The position numbers were made by a program, and so were the translations under genes. Shown here in pieces: positions 17,810 to 29,087 of a stretch of DNA of 51,140 nt. Under the pieces are notes generated by a model. That model had not been told where the DNA came from. It did no database searches and saw only the letters and a program-made list of their open reading frames with translations. This DNA comes from Pseudomonas sp. UBA5782 (GTDB lineage Bacteria > Pseudomonadota > Gammaproteobacteria > Pseudomonadales > Pseudomonadaceae), in assembly GCA_002418465.1 (NCBI GenBank), contig DIEE01000077.1, positions 1-51,140 of the forward strand, written 5' to 3'. Within the stretch, counting starts at the first letter, position 1. Each line of letters opens with the position of its first letter.

Positions 17810-20272
17810 TCAGCTACGGGCAGGCAGGATCTTCGGATCGGCGGCCTTCGCTGGCGATTTCGTGTCACCCGTGTGCAGGGACAGACGCAGGGCGTTCAGC
17901 ACCACCAGCAACGAACTCAGCGACATGCCTAGAGCAGCCCAGAGCGGTGTTACCCAGCCTACGGCAGCGAAGGGCAGTACGCAGCCATTGTACAAGCAGG
18001 CCCAGGTGAGGTTCTCGACGATGATGCGCCGTGTGCGCCTGGAGATGCGGAATGCCTGGACCAGGCTGTCCAGACGGTTAGACAGCAGCACGGCATCGGC
18101 ACTGGTTTTCGCCAGGTCGGTGGCCGAGCCCATGGCGATGCTGATATCCGCTGCGGCGAGGACTGGTACGTCGTTGATCCCGTCGCCCAGCATAAGCACC
18201 TGGCGGCCGTTTTCGCGCAGCTCGCGCAGGACGGCGAGCTTGGCCTCGGGGGTCAGTCCGCCGCGTGCGTCGCTGATGCCGAGCTGCGTGGCGATCTCGC
18301 CGACCATCGGCGAGCTGTCGCCGGAGAGCAGCAGCACCTGCCAGTTGCGCTGACGGCAGGCGTCGACCAGCGCCGGCGCATCCGCACGCAGACGATCGTC
18401 GAGCACCAGCCAGGCGAGCGGCCCCTGGCTATCGCCCAACAACAGCCATTGCCCGTGCTCGCCGGGAATCGTGGGGCTCTGCTGGGCGGCGAGCGCGGCG
18501 ACGAAGGCGGGCTGGCCGATACGCAGCTGGCGACCTTCAACCCAGCCTTCGAGTCCCAGCCCCGGTGCGCTTTCGACCTGCTCGGCGGCTTGCGGGGCTC
18601 GGCCGAAGGCCTTGGCGATCGGGTGTTCGGATCGGTTTTCCAGCGCCGCCGCGAGCGCCAGGCAGGCATCGGCATCGAGATCGCGCAACGGGTGAATCTC
18701 GTTCAGGGTCAGCCTGCCCTCGGTGAGCGTGCCGGTCTTGTCGAAGATGACCGTGTCGAGACGGTTCAGGCCTTCGAGGAAATGCCCGCGGGTGAGCAGC
18801 AGGCCGAGCTTGTGCAGGCTTCCGGTGGCGGTGGTCAGCGCGGTCGGCGTGGCCAGCGACAGGGCACAGGGGCAGGTGGCGACCAGCAGCGCGAGGACGA
18901 TCCAGAAGGCGCGCTGGTGATCGATCTGCCACCAGTAGAGACCGACCGCCGCCGTGACGGCAAGCACGATCAGGAGGAACCACTGGGCGACGCGGTCGGC
19001 CAGTTCGGCTAGGCGCGGTTTGTCCGCCTGGGCGCGTTCCAGCAGGCGGACGATGGCCGAGAGGCGGGTGTCGTCGCCCAGTGCCTGCACCTCGACGGTC
19101 AGCGGACCCTCGACATTAAGGGTGCCGGCGGTAACGCTGTCGCCCTGGGCGCGCGCCAGCGGCAGGTATTCGCCGGTGAGCAGGGATTCGTCGATGCTCG
19201 ACTGACCATCGAGAATGCGCCCGTCGGCGGGCAGCAGGGAGCCGGGCGGAACCAGTACCTGATCGCCGATGGCCAGCTCGCTGAGCAGGATGCGTTCGCT
19301 CTGCCCGCCCGCGTCCAGCCGCAGGCAGGAGGCGGGCAGCAGGTTGACCAGTTGCGCGGTGGCCGCGGCGGTACGTTCGCGGGCTCGGCGCTCGAGATAG
19401 CGGCCGGAGAGCAGGAACAGAGCGAACATGCCGACGGCGTCAAAATAAAGGTCGCCGACGCCGGTCAGCGTCGACCAGATACCGGCAAGGTAGGCGCCGC
19501 CAATCGCCAGTGACACCGATACGTCCATGGTCAGGTGGCGTGTGCGCAGGTCGCGCAGCGCGCCGCGGAAGAACTGCCCGCAGCAGTAGAAGACGATCGG
19601 TGTGGTGAGGAACAGGCTGACCCAGCGCAGGATCTTGTCCAGCTCCGGCGACAGGTCGAGGTTGAACTCGGGCCAGGTCGCCATCGCCGCCATCATCACC
19701 TGCATCCACAGCAGGCCGGCCAGCCCCAGCTGGCGCAGCGCACGGCGGTTTTCCTGATGAAGCCGCTCGGCGGCCTGATCGGCCTGATAGGGGTGGCCGG
19801 CATAACCGATCCGGCGCAGTTCCTGAAGCAGCTGGCTCAGGGGAACGCGCGCGTCGTCCCAGCTGACCTGCAGGCGCTGGTTGGACAGATTGAGGTGTAC
19901 TTCGGCAATGCCGTCGACGCCGCGCAGGTGCTTCTCGATCAGCCAGCCACAGGCCGCGCAGCTGATGCCTTCGATCATCAGGCTGGTGCTGGCGAGGTTG
20001 CCCTCATGGCGCACGAACGGCTGCTGGACGTCGCTGCGGTCGTACAGGGCCAGTTCATCGGTGAGCGCCTTGGGCAGCGCTTCCGGGTTGGCAGAGGTTT
20101 CACTGCGGTGCCGGTAATAGCTCTCCAGGCCGCCGGCGATGATCGCTTCGGCGACCGCCTGGCAACCCGGACAGCACAAGGCCCGCGTCTCGCCCAGCAC
20201 GCGGGCCTGGAAGCGGTCGCCGGTGGTGACCGGCAGGCCGCAGTGATAGCAGGGAAGGGGAGTGCTGCTCAT
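17810..20272 (-). CDS. ccoI: Copper-translocating P1B-type ATPase CcoI/FixI
   Basis: CYHC..CCPGC, HMA motif CAAC, TCPCAL, DKTGTLT and GDGIND. Confidence 0.96.
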   Translation of the reverse strand: MSSTPLPCYHCGLPVTTGDRFQARVLGETRALCCPGCQAVAEAIIAGGLESYYRHRSETSANPEALPKALTDELALYDRSDVQQPFVRHEGNLASTSLMIEGISCAACGWLIEKHLRGVDGIAEVHLNLSNQRLQVSWDDARVPLSQLLQELRRIGYAGHPYQADQAAERLHQENRRALRQLGLAGLLWMQVMMAAMATWPEFNLDLSPELDKILRWVSLFLTTPIVFYCCGQFFRGALRDLRTRHLTMDVSVSLAIGGAYLAGIWSTLTGVGDLYFDAVGMFALFLLSGRYLERRARERTAAATAQLVNLLPASCLRLDAGGQSERILLSELAIGDQVLVPPGSLLPADGRILDGQSSIDESLLTGEYLPLARAQGDSVTAGTLNVEGPLTVEVQALGDDTRLSAIVRLLERAQADKPRLAELADRVAQWFLLIVLAVTAAVGLYWWQIDHQRAFWIVLALLVATCPCALSLATPTALTTATGSLHKLGLLLTRGHFLEGLNRLDTVIFDKTGTLTEGRLTLNEIHPLRDLDADACLALAAALENRSEHPIAKAFGRAPQAAEQVESAPGLGLEGWVEGRQLRIGQPAFVAALAAQQSPTIPGEHGQWLLLGDSQGPLAWLVLDDRLRADAPALVDACRQRNWQVLLLSGDSSPMVGEIATQLGISDARGGLTPEAKLAVLRELRENGRQVLMLGDGINDVPVLAAADISIAMGSATDLAKTSADAVLLSNRLDSLVQAFRISRRTRRIIVENLTWACLYNGCVLPFAAVGWVTPLWAALGMSLSSLLVVLNALRLSLHTGDTKSPAKAADPKILPARS

Positions 20273-20280
20273 GCGCAGGC

Positions 20281-20778
20281 TCAGTCGCCGAGCAGGATTT
20301 GCCGCCCGGGGGCGACGTCCTCTTCCTCGAACAGGCGCCAGTCCTTTCCGCCCTCGGTGCCCAGCAGCTCGACGAAGCGGCGGCCTTCGATCGGTTCCTG
20401 GGTCTGCCCCTGGTAAATGCCTTCGCCCTGCGGTTGCAGCACGATGCGCCGGTCTTTCTCCGGCTGGGTCGGAGAGATCAGGTTGAGCACGATCTGCTGC
20501 GGCTGGCTGATGCCCTTGAGATGAATTTCGGCGACGCCAGTATCGGCATCCATCGTCAATTCGGCGCTCATCTTCAACTGACGCGCGAGGACCTCACGGT
20601 CCAGCGATGTATTGATGCCCTTGCCGGCGTCGTAGTAGTTGTCCACCACCAGGCTGTCGGAGTTGCGAATGGCGATCGTCAGCAGGGACAACCCCAGAAC
20701 CACGGAAAAAGCCAGCAACGCGATGACGAACCACGCCCAGGGTTGCTTGTACCAACGGCTTACTACTTCGGCTTGCAT
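20281..20778 (-). CDS. ccoH: FixH/CcoH family protein
   Basis: RWYKQPWAW plus a TM helix and [14 protein letters not shown]; lies between ccoG and ccoI. Confidence 0.92.
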   Translation of the reverse strand: MQAEVVSRWYKQPWAWFVIALLAFSVVLGLSLLTIAIRNSDSLVVDNYYDAGKGINTSLDREVLARQLKMSAELTMDADTGVAEIHLKGISQPQQIVLNLISPTQPEKDRRIVLQPQGEGIYQGQTQEPIEGRRFVELLGTEGGKDWRLFEEEDVAPGRQILLGD

Positions 20779-20790
20779 AGGAATCCTTGC

Positions 20791-22203
20791 TTAGCGAACG
20801 CTTGGGCCGATGAATCGGCTGTCTGCTTCGTTTTCGAGGGAAGAGTCATCGGCGGATCTAATACGGAACATGACCTTGTTGGTGCTCGATGGCAGCTTCT
20901 CCGGATCGACGGACAGCTCGACGGGGAGCGACAGCACCTCGCCCGCCATCACCCGGACTTCCGCTTTGCCCTGGTACTGCAGACCGTCGATCCCGTCCGC
21001 TTCGATCACCAGGGTGAGGTCGTGCTGCGCCTTGTTCATAAGTTTCAGCGTGTAGACGTTCTCGATCCGGCCTTCCTCGTTCTCGCGGTACAGCACGCGA
21101 TCCTTGAGTACGTCGATCTGGATCAGCGGGCGGGCTGAGATCGCATAGGCGAACAGGCCGATCATCGCCACCAACGCGATTGCATAGCCGATGAGGCGAG
21201 GGCGCAGAAGATTGGTCTTCTGCCCGGAAAGGTTGTGTTCGGTGGTGTAGCTGATCAGCCCGCGGGGGTAGTTCATCTTGTCCATGATGGTGTCGCAGGC
21301 GTCGATGCAGGCGGCGCAGCCAATGCATTCGACCTGCAGTCCGTCGCGGATATCGATGCCGGTGGGGCATACCTGTACGCACATGGTGCAATCGATGCAG
21401 TCGCCGAGACCCTGGGCTTTGTAGTCCACGGTTTTCTTGCGCGGGCCACGGGCTTCGCCGCGTCGTGGGTCGTAGGACACGATGAGTGTGTCCTTGTCGA
21501 ACATCACGCTCTGGAAGCGCGCATAGGGGCACATGTAGACGCAGACCTGCTCGCGCAGGTAGCCGGCGTTGCCATAGGTGGCCAGGGTGAAGAAACCGAC
21601 CCAGAACAGCGCCCAGCCATTGATGTTGAGCGCGAACAGATCAGGCACTAGTTCGCGGATCGGCGTGAAGTAGCCGACGAAGGTAATGGCGGTGATCAGC
21701 GATACACCGACCCAGATGCTGTGCTTGGCCAGCTTGCGGAAGAACTTGTTGGCACTCATCGGTGCCTTGTCCAGCTTCATGCGCTGGTTGCGGTCGCCTT
21801 CGCTGACCTTTTCCGCCCACATGAAGATCCAGGTCCAGACACTTTGCGGGCAGGTGTAGCCGCACCACACGCGGCCGGCGAACACCGTGATGAAGAACAG
21901 CCCGAAGGCGCAGATGATCAGCAGCCAGGACAGCAGGACGAAATCCTGTGGCCAGAAGGTCTGCCCGAAGATGTAGAACTTGCGTTCCGGCAGGTTCCAC
22001 CAGACGGCCTGGTGGCCGCCCCAGTTGATCCAGGCGGTACCGAAGTAGAGCAGGAAGAGCAGGGCTCCGCCGACACGGCGAAGGTTGCGGAACAGCCCGG
22101 TAAAGGCTCGGGTGTAGATTTTCTCACGCTTGGCATAAAGGTCGACGTTGTCGACGGCTTTGGCCGGTGGGGTGACATCTCGAACGGGAATCTGCTCAGT
22201 CAT
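20791..22203 (-). CDS. ccoG: Cytochrome c oxidase accessory protein CcoG (4Fe-4S)
   Basis: GRVWCGYTCPQ, CPYARFQ, CIDCTMCVQVCP and CIGCAACIDAC. Confidence 0.96.
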   Translation of the reverse strand: MTEQIPVRDVTPPAKAVDNVDLYAKREKIYTRAFTGLFRNLRRVGGALLFLLYFGTAWINWGGHQAVWWNLPERKFYIFGQTFWPQDFVLLSWLLIICAFGLFFITVFAGRVWCGYTCPQSVWTWIFMWAEKVSEGDRNQRMKLDKAPMSANKFFRKLAKHSIWVGVSLITAITFVGYFTPIRELVPDLFALNINGWALFWVGFFTLATYGNAGYLREQVCVYMCPYARFQSVMFDKDTLIVSYDPRRGEARGPRKKTVDYKAQGLGDCIDCTMCVQVCPTGIDIRDGLQVECIGCAACIDACDTIMDKMNYPRGLISYTTEHNLSGQKTNLLRPRLIGYAIALVAMIGLFAYAISARPLIQIDVLKDRVLYRENEEGRIENVYTLKLMNKAQHDLTLVIEADGIDGLQYQGKAEVRVMAGEVLSLPVELSVDPEKLPSSTNKVMFRIRSADDSSLENEADSRFIGPSVR

Positions 22204-22227
22204 ACTCATACCACGGCTTGAAGGATG

Positions 22228-22253
22228 CCCAGACCGGTACATGCCGGTCTGGG
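22228..22253. other. Perfect 10-bp stem hairpin in the ccoG leader
   Basis: CCCAGACCGG-TACATG-CCGGTCTGGG. Confidence 0.6.
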
Positions 22254-22319
22254 TCAGTTTTCCTGCCGCGTATGTCACGCGAAATACCTGCCGATGTCTG
22301 GCAGGAGTGCGCTCGAGAG

Positions 22320-23276
22320 TTACTTCTCCGCGCCGGCAGGTTGTTGCGAAAGGCTGTAAACGTAGGCGGCCAGAAGGTGCACTTTGTCGTTGCCGAGGTG
22401 CTCTTCCTGAGCGGGCATGCGGCCATTACGGCCATAGCGCAGAGTCTGTTGAACCTGGTTGAAGCTGGAACCGTACAGCCAAATCTTGTCGCTGAGATTC
22501 GGGGCACCCAAGGCGTGAGTGCCTTTCCCTTCAGGTCCGTGACAGGCTACACAGTTGGTCTTGAATATCTCTTGACCTGCGGCAAGGTCGATTCCGTCCG
22601 GGTTTTTCAGCCCGGAGAGGCTGCGCACGTAACCCGCCACGTTCTTGATGCCATCCTCGCCGATGACCGGCAGCCACGCCGGCATCGCGCCCTGACGACC
22701 CTGCAGAATGGTGGTCTTGATCGTGGCTGCTTCACCGCCATACAGCCAGTCGCTATCGGTCAGGTTGGGGAAGCCGTAGGCACCCTTGGCATCCGAACCG
22801 TGGCAGACCGAGCAGTTGGAGGCGAACAAGCGACCGCCCATTTTCAGCGCCTGGGGATCCTTGGCGACGTCTTCCACCGGCATGGCCGCGTACTTCGCAT
22901 ACAGCGGGCCGTACTGCTGTTCGGCCCGATCCATTTCCTTTTCCCACTGGTGCACGCCGGTCCAGCCAGCCTGGCCGTTTTCGAACGGCTTGCCTTCCTT
23001 GACGTCGGTGTAGCCAGGCAGCAGGCCTTTCCAGTTACCCATGCCGGGGTACAGGACCAGGTAGCCGATGGCGAAAATGATGGTGCCGAGGAACAGCATG
23101 AACCACCATTTCGGCAGCGGATTGTCATATTCCTCGATGCCGTCGAACGCATGGCCGACGGTATCTTCCGTCGCTTCCGGGCGCTGGCCCTTGCGTGTTG
23201 CGAAGATCAGCCAAAGCAGGGCGAGGATCGTCCCGCTGGTCAGCAGAGTGATGTACCAACTCCAGAAAGTGGTCAT
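22320..23276 (-). CDS. ccoP1: cbb3 oxidase subunit III, isoform 1
   Basis: [18 protein letters not shown]; two CxxCH motifs (CSVCH, CVACH). Confidence 0.95.
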   Translation of the reverse strand: MTTFWSWYITLLTSGTILALLWLIFATRKGQRPEATEDTVGHAFDGIEEYDNPLPKWWFMLFLGTIIFAIGYLVLYPGMGNWKGLLPGYTDVKEGKPFENGQAGWTGVHQWEKEMDRAEQQYGPLYAKYAAMPVEDVAKDPQALKMGGRLFASNCSVCHGSDAKGAYGFPNLTDSDWLYGGEAATIKTTILQGRQGAMPAWLPVIGEDGIKNVAGYVRSLSGLKNPDGIDLAAGQEIFKTNCVACHGPEGKGTHALGAPNLSDKIWLYGSSFNQVQQTLRYGRNGRMPAQEEHLGNDKVHLLAAYVYSLSQQPAGAEK

Positions 23277-23464
23277 TCGCTTTTACTCCTAGAAGCTTGC
23301 TCGTCTCGCTCTACGGACGGGGGCTGTTCGTCGGCGAAAGGCAAATTCGCTGCCTCGTCGAAGCTTCGTTTGCGTTTGCTGCTGTAGGCCCAGATCACCA
23401 GGCCGACAAAGGCGACGAACACCAGCAGGGTGCCCAGCCCACGAATAGTCCCTATGTCCATCAT
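23273..23464 (-). CDS. ccoQ1: cbb3 oxidase subunit IV, isoform 1
   Basis: TM helix followed by [17 protein letters not shown]. Confidence 0.93.
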   Translation of the reverse strand: MMDIGTIRGLGTLLVFVAFVGLVIWAYSSKRKRSFDEAANLPFADEQPPSVERDEQASRSKSE

Positions 23465-23467
23465 GCG

Positions 23468-24079
23468 TTACCGTTTGTTCTTGATTGAGGTGCCGAGGGA
23501 CTGCAGGAACGCGACGAGCGCATCCATTTCGGTCTTGCCTTTGACGGCGTCCCGGGCTCCGGCGATGTCTGCATCGGTGTAGGGCACGCCGAGGGTACGC
23601 ATGGCCTCGAGCTTGCGAGCGGTGCCCTTGCCGTCCAGCCGGTTCTCGACCAGCCATGGGTAGGCCGGCATCTTCGACTCGGGAACCACGTTGCGCGGGT
23701 TGTACAGGTGCGCACGGTGCCAGTCGTCCGAATAGCGTCCGCCAACGCGAGCGAGGTCCGGGCCGGTACGCTTGGAGCCCCAAAGAAAAGGGTGATCCCA
23801 GACGCTTTCGCCAGCGACCGAGTAGTGGCCATAGCGCTCGGTTTCGGCGCGGAACGGACGGACCATCTGCGAATGGCAACCTACGCAACCTTCGCGGATA
23901 TAGATGTCGCGACCTTCGAGCTCGAGCGCCGTGCGTGGCTGCATGCCTTCCACGGGGGTGTTGGTCACGCCCTGGAAGAACAGCGGAACGATCTGAACCA
24001 GGCCGCCGATACTCACCGCAAGCACCATGAACAGCGCCAGCAGGCCGACGTTTTTTTCGACTATTTCGTGTTGCTTCAT
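23468..24079 (-). CDS. ccoO1: cbb3 oxidase subunit II, isoform 1
   Basis: [12 protein letters not shown] and [10 protein letters not shown]. Confidence 0.96.
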   Translation of the reverse strand: MKQHEIVEKNVGLLALFMVLAVSIGGLVQIVPLFFQGVTNTPVEGMQPRTALELEGRDIYIREGCVGCHSQMVRPFRAETERYGHYSVAGESVWDHPFLWGSKRTGPDLARVGGRYSDDWHRAHLYNPRNVVPESKMPAYPWLVENRLDGKGTARKLEAMRTLGVPYTDADIAGARDAVKGKTEMDALVAFLQSLGTSIKNKR

Positions 24080-24092
24080 TTACGTCGGCTCC

Positions 24093-25520
24093 TTAGGCGA
24101 TCTGAGCGGCAGCTTCATATTCCGCCGGCTTGGCTGAACGCACGGTGCGCCAGGTGTTGTAGGCCATCAGCAGCATGCCGGTCAGGAAGAACGCACCGCC
24201 GATCATGCGCACCAGATAGCCGGGATGACTGGCTTCCAGCGCTTCGACAAAGGAGTACGTCAGGGTGCCGTCTTCGTTGATCGCGCGCCACATCAGACCT
24301 TGGGTGATACCGTTGACCCACATCGAAGCGATGTAGAGAACGGTGCCGATGGTGGCGAGCCAGAAATGCGCATTGATCAGGCCGACACTGTGCATCTGCT
24401 GGCGAGCGAACACTTTGGGAATCAGGTGGTACAGCGAGCCGATGGAGATCATTGCCACCCAACCGAGAGCGCCGGCGTGTACGTGGCCTATGGTCCAGTC
24501 GGTGTAGTGGGAGAGGGCGTTGACGGTCTTGATCGCCATCATCGGGCCTTCGAAGGTCGACATCCCATAGAACGCGAGTGATACCACCAAGAAGCGCAGG
24601 ATTGGGTCGGTACGCAATTTGTGCCACGCGCCGGACAGGGTCATCATCCCGTTGATCATGCCGCCCCAGCTCGGAGCGAGCAGGATGATCGACATTGCCA
24701 TGCCCAGGCTCTGTGCCCAATCGGGTAATGCGGTGTAGTGCAGATGGTGCGGGCCGGCCCAAATATAGACGGAGATCAATGCCCAGAAGTGCACGATTGA
24801 GAGACGATACGAATAGATAGGCCGCTCGGCCTGCTTGGGAACGAAGTAATACATCATCCCGAGGAAACCCGCAGTAAGGAAGAAACCTACGGCGTTGTGG
24901 CCATACCACCACTGGATCATCGCATCAGTTGCGCCAGAGTAGAGCGAGTACGACTTGAAGGCACCTACGGGAAGTTCCATGTTATTTACTACATGGAGTA
25001 GGGCGACAGTTAGAATGAATCCGCCGTAAAACCAGTTGCCCACATAGATGTGTTTGGTCTTGCGCTTGACTATGGTGCCGAAGAAAGTAATCGCATAACT
25101 GACCCAGACGATGGTGATCAGGATGTCGATCGGCCATTCCAGCTCGGCGTATTCCTTGGAAGACGTGTAACCCATTGGCAGGGTTATCACCGCTAGCACT
25201 ATTACCGCTTGCCATCCCCAAAACGTGAAAGCCGCCAGGCCGTCTGAGATAAGACGTGCTTGCGATGTGCGCTGCACGACGTAATAGGATGTGGCGAACA
25301 GTGCACACCCGCCGAAGGCAAAGATCACTGCGTTGGTGTGGAGAGGGCGCAATCGGCCAAAGCTGGCCCAGGGCGTATCAAAGTTGAGCTCCGGCCATAC
25401 CAATTGCGCAGCAATCAGAACGCCGAGTCCCATTCCAACGACCCCCCAGATCACCGTCATAATGGCGAACTGGCGGACCACCTTGTAGTTATAAGCAGTC
25501 TGATGGATGGCTGTGCTCAT
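24093..25520 (-). CDS. ccoN1: cbb3 oxidase subunit I, isoform 1 (P. aeruginosa numbering, no ANR box)
   Basis: [28 protein letters not shown] and GHVHAG; starts [10 protein letters not shown]. Confidence 0.95.
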   Translation of the reverse strand: MSTAIHQTAYNYKVVRQFAIMTVIWGVVGMGLGVLIAAQLVWPELNFDTPWASFGRLRPLHTNAVIFAFGGCALFATSYYVVQRTSQARLISDGLAAFTFWGWQAVIVLAVITLPMGYTSSKEYAELEWPIDILITIVWVSYAITFFGTIVKRKTKHIYVGNWFYGGFILTVALLHVVNNMELPVGAFKSYSLYSGATDAMIQWWYGHNAVGFFLTAGFLGMMYYFVPKQAERPIYSYRLSIVHFWALISVYIWAGPHHLHYTALPDWAQSLGMAMSIILLAPSWGGMINGMMTLSGAWHKLRTDPILRFLVVSLAFYGMSTFEGPMMAIKTVNALSHYTDWTIGHVHAGALGWVAMISIGSLYHLIPKVFARQQMHSVGLINAHFWLATIGTVLYIASMWVNGITQGLMWRAINEDGTLTYSFVEALEASHPGYLVRMIGGAFFLTGMLLMAYNTWRTVRSAKPAEYEAAAQIA

Positions 25521-25787
25521 GCTAGGGGTTCCACGGTTAATGGAGAAAATCAAAGGGGCAAAAAAGCGGCGGCAGTATGTAGAAAGCCCCTAGTCAATGC
25601 AATGACGTAGCCGGCGAGCAAAATCCTGAGGCATCTGGATGAGGCCGATGGTGTCAGTCGCGTCACTGGGAGCTTAGGCAGGCCATTATTCTATGGACTT
25701 GCCTGCATATGGGCGGCTGGCTGCTGTGCCGCTGGAAAGCTAGCTTAGTGCAGGAATCTGGCGGGGGGGGTGTTATGAGGAGGAGAG

Positions 25788-25804
25788 TGCGACGCTTGGT
25801 CGCA
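25788..25804. promoter_or_regulatory. Putative RoxR/RegA-type binding site upstream of ccoN1
   Basis: TGCGAC-GCTTG-GTCGCA, a perfect 6-bp inverted repeat resembling the RegA/PrrA GCGRC-N5-GTCGC motif. Confidence 0.5.
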
Positions 25805-25824
25805 TGATTGAGGCGGGAAAGGAG

Positions 25825-25850
25825 CATGACGGCGCTTTCGCGCCGTCATG
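25825..25850 (-). terminator. Hairpin downstream of ccoP2
   Basis: CATGACGGCGC-TTTC-GCGCCGTCATG, 11-bp stem. Confidence 0.6.
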
Positions 25851-25859
25851 AGTTGCGGC

Positions 25860-26798
25860 TTACTTACCGGCTACGTGTTCCTGCTGCTGTTGCGACAGGC
25901 TGTACACATAGGCAGCGAGCAGATGCACCTTGTCGTTGCCAAGGTGATCTTCTTGTGCCGGCATTTGGCCGTTGCGGCCATAACGGACGGTTTGTTGTAT
26001 CTGCGCGAGGCTGGAGCCATAGATCCAACCCGCTGGGTGCGTCAGATCAGGCGCCCCCATCATCGCCATGCCTTGGCCGGTCGCGCCATGGCACGCAGCG
26101 CAGTTGCCGTTGAACACTTGCTGACCTGCCGCTACATCTACTTGGGTACCTTCCGGCAGTTTTTGCCCGGCCAGTTCCTGTTTGACGTATGCGGCAACGT
26201 TCTTCACGCCTTCGTCACCGAGAATCTCGCCCCAGGCCGGCATGGCAGCAAAGCGGCCGTGCAGGATGCTGGTCTTGATGGTGTCCGGATCACCGCCCCA
26301 GCGCCAGTTGCTATCGGTGAGGTTGGGGAAACCAACCGCGCCTTTCGCATCCGAACCATGGCAAACCGAGCAGTAGGTGGCGAAAAGGCGTCCGCCCATC
26401 TTCAGCGCGTGCTCATCCTTGGCGACATCGGCAATGCTCATCGATGCGTATTTGGCGAAGATCGGGCCGTATTCAGCGTTCGCCCGGTCAACTTCACGCT
26501 GCCATTGCTTGGTTTGAGTCCAGCCGCCTTCGTAACCTGGTAGTACACCTTTCCAGTTGCCCAGACCGGGGTACAGAGCTAGATAGACAATCGCAAAAAT
26601 AATGGTGCCGACGAACAGCAGGAACCACCATTTTGGCAGCGGGTTGTCGTACTCCTCGATGCCATCGAAGGAGTGACCTAGCGTCTGATCGGTACTGCCT
26701 TTTTGTTCGCCCTTGCGAGTGGCGAAAACCAACCAGAGCAGCGCCACTAACGTGCCGATGGTCAGGAGGGTTATGTACCAACTCCAGAAAGAAGTCAT
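25860..26798 (-). CDS. ccoP2: cbb3 oxidase subunit III, isoform 2
   Basis: [20 protein letters not shown] and CAACH heme motifs. Confidence 0.95.
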   Translation of the reverse strand: MTSFWSWYITLLTIGTLVALLWLVFATRKGEQKGSTDQTLGHSFDGIEEYDNPLPKWWFLLFVGTIIFAIVYLALYPGLGNWKGVLPGYEGGWTQTKQWQREVDRANAEYGPIFAKYASMSIADVAKDEHALKMGGRLFATYCSVCHGSDAKGAVGFPNLTDSNWRWGGDPDTIKTSILHGRFAAMPAWGEILGDEGVKNVAAYVKQELAGQKLPEGTQVDVAAGQQVFNGNCAACHGATGQGMAMMGAPDLTHPAGWIYGSSLAQIQQTVRYGRNGQMPAQEDHLGNDKVHLLAAYVYSLSQQQQEHVAGK

Positions 26799-26980
26799 TC
26801 GTTGTTACTCCTAGAATCTTGCTGGTCGTGCGTCTTGGTTCTGGGCTCATCAGCGAAAGGCAGGTTGGCGGCTTCATCGAAGCTTTGCTTACGCCGACTG
26901 CTGTAGGCCCAAAGCACGACACCGACGAAAGCGACGCATACCAATATGGTGCCAAGGCCGCGAAGAGTCCCGATATCCAT
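26795..26980 (-). CDS. ccoQ2: cbb3 oxidase subunit IV, isoform 2
   Basis: TM helix followed by [19 protein letters not shown]. Confidence 0.93.
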   Translation of the reverse strand: MDIGTLRGLGTILVCVAFVGVVLWAYSSRRKQSFDEAANLPFADEPRTKTHDQQDSRSNNE

Positions 26981-26985
26981 GAGCG

Positions 26986-27597
26986 TTACCGTTTGTTCTT
27001 CAGTGAGGTACCCAGGACCTGCAGATAGGCGACCAACGCGTCCATCTCGGTTTTACCTTTGACGGAGTCGGCAGCAGCGCCAATGTCGTCGTCGGTGTAT
27101 GGAACGCCCAAGGTTTTCATGGCCTTGAGTTTCGCGGCGGTGTCTTTGCCGTCGAGACGGTTTTCGACCAGCCACGGATAGGCGGGCATCTTCGACTCGG
27201 GAACCACGTTGCGCGGGTTGTACAGGTGCGCACGGTGCCAATCGTCGGAGTAGCGAGCGCCAACGCGAGCCAGATCCGGGCCGGTACGCTTGGAACCCCA
27301 CAGGAACGGGTGGTCCCAAACGCTTTCACCGGCGACCGAGTAGTGACCATAACGCTCGGTTTCCGCGCGGAACGGACGGACCATCTGCGAGTGGCAACCT
27401 ACACAGCCTTCGCGAATGTAGATGTCGCGACCTTCCAGCTGCAGCGCGGTATAGGGCTTGAGGCCCTCGACTGGCTGCGTGGTTTCCTGCTGGAAGAACA
27501 GCGGCACGATTTGGACCAGGCCACCGATGCTTACTGCCAGAACCATGAAGAGAGCGAGCAGGCCGACGTTTTTCTCAAGAATTTCATGCTTTTTCAT
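26986..27597 (-). CDS. ccoO2: cbb3 oxidase subunit II, isoform 2
   Basis: [12 protein letters not shown] and [10 protein letters not shown]. Confidence 0.96.
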   Translation of the reverse strand: MKKHEILEKNVGLLALFMVLAVSIGGLVQIVPLFFQQETTQPVEGLKPYTALQLEGRDIYIREGCVGCHSQMVRPFRAETERYGHYSVAGESVWDHPFLWGSKRTGPDLARVGARYSDDWHRAHLYNPRNVVPESKMPAYPWLVENRLDGKDTAAKLKAMKTLGVPYTDDDIGAAADSVKGKTEMDALVAYLQVLGTSLKNKR

Positions 27598-27609
27598 CGC
27601 GAGCTCTCC

Positions 27610-29034
27610 TTAGGCCATCTTCGCCGCAGCTTCGATCTGCGCCGGCTCGGCGTCACGCACGGTGCGCCAGGTGTTGTAGGCCATCAGCAGCATGCCGCTG
27701 AAGAAGATAGCGCCGCCGATGACCCGGACGACGAAGCCTGGGTGGCTTGCGACCAGCGTTTCGGCGAAGGAGTAGGTCAGGGTTCCGTCTTCGTTGACTG
27801 CGCGCCACATCAGACCTTGGGCGATGCCGTTGACCCACATCGAAGCGATGTAGAGAACGGTGCCGATGGTTGCGAGCCAGAAGTGACCGTTGATCAAGCC
27901 GACGCTGTGCATCTGCTCGCGGCCGAAGATCTTCGGAATCATGTGGTACAGCGAACCGATCGACACCATGGCGACCCAGCCGAGAGCGCCGGCGTGTACG
28001 TGGCCAATGGTCCAGTCGGTGTAGTGGGAGAGCGCGTTGACGGTCTTGATCGCCATCATCGGGCCTTCGAAGGTCGACATGCCGTAGAAAGCCAGCGATA
28101 CCACCAGGAAGCGCAGGATCGGGTCGGTACGCAATTTGTGCCACGCGCCGGACAGGGTCATCATCCCGTTGATCATGCCGCCCCAGCTAGGAGCCAGAAG
28201 AATCAGCGACATCACCATGCCCAGGCTTTGCGCCCAATCGGGCAGCGCGGTGTAGTGAAGGTGGTGAGGACCCGCCCAGATGTAGACGGCGATCAGTGCC
28301 CAGAAGTGCACGATCGAAAGGCGGTAGGAGTACACCGGGCGGCCCGCTTGCTTCGGTACGAAGTAGTACATCATCCCGAGGAAGCCTGCAGTGAGGAAGA
28401 AGCCTACTGCGTTGTGGCCGTACCACCATTGGATCATCGCATCGGTCGCGCCTGAGTAGAGCGAGTACGACTTCGTGAAGGTAACCGGGATTTCCAGGTT
28501 GTTCACCACGTGCAGCAGAGCAACGGTGAGGATGAAGGCGCCGAAAAACCAGTTACCCACATAGATGTGGGTGGTTTTTCGGGTGATCAGCGTGCCGAAG
28601 AAGACGATGGCGTAGCTTACCCACACCACGGTGATCAGCAGGTCGATCGGCCATTCCAGCTCGGCGTATTCTTTGGAAGTCGTGATACCCAGCGGAAGAG
28701 TTACCGCTGCGAGCACGATCACCAATTGCCAGCCCCAGAATGTGAAAGCCGCCAACTTCGGAGCGAAGAGGCGTGTCTGGCAAGTGCGTTGCACTGCGTA
28801 GTAGGTGGTGGAAAACAATGCGCAACCGCCGAAAGCGAAGATCACCGCATTGGTATGCAGTGGTCGCAAACGACCGAAGCTGGTCCAGGGAAGGTTAAGG
28901 TTAAGTTCCGGCCAGGCCAATTGGGCGGCGATGAATACGCCGAGCCCCATCCCGACGATTCCCCAAACCACCGTCATAATGGCGAATTGGCGGACCACCT
29001 TGTAGTTGTAGGCGGTACTGGTTGCTGTGTTCAT
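27610..29034 (-). CDS. ccoN2: cbb3 oxidase subunit I, isoform 2 (ANR-regulated)
   Basis: Starts [17 protein letters not shown], has the same His-ligand motifs as ccoN1, and has an ANR box upstream. Confidence 0.95.
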   Translation of the reverse strand: MNTATSTAYNYKVVRQFAIMTVVWGIVGMGLGVFIAAQLAWPELNLNLPWTSFGRLRPLHTNAVIFAFGGCALFSTTYYAVQRTCQTRLFAPKLAAFTFWGWQLVIVLAAVTLPLGITTSKEYAELEWPIDLLITVVWVSYAIVFFGTLITRKTTHIYVGNWFFGAFILTVALLHVVNNLEIPVTFTKSYSLYSGATDAMIQWWYGHNAVGFFLTAGFLGMMYYFVPKQAGRPVYSYRLSIVHFWALIAVYIWAGPHHLHYTALPDWAQSLGMVMSLILLAPSWGGMINGMMTLSGAWHKLRTDPILRFLVVSLAFYGMSTFEGPMMAIKTVNALSHYTDWTIGHVHAGALGWVAMVSIGSLYHMIPKIFGREQMHSVGLINGHFWLATIGTVLYIASMWVNGIAQGLMWRAVNEDGTLTYSFAETLVASHPGFVVRVIGGAIFFSGMLLMAYNTWRTVRDAEPAQIEAAAKMA

Positions 29035-29087
29035 GTATGGGCTTCCATCCACGGTTTTGGGCAGATTTCTAATAAAGCGGGGCAAGG

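Noticed and set aside
22320..29034. Duplicated ccoNOQP as a novelty or assembly duplication
   Set aside because: Two tandem cbb3 operons are standard in Pseudomonas, and the copies are clearly diverged.
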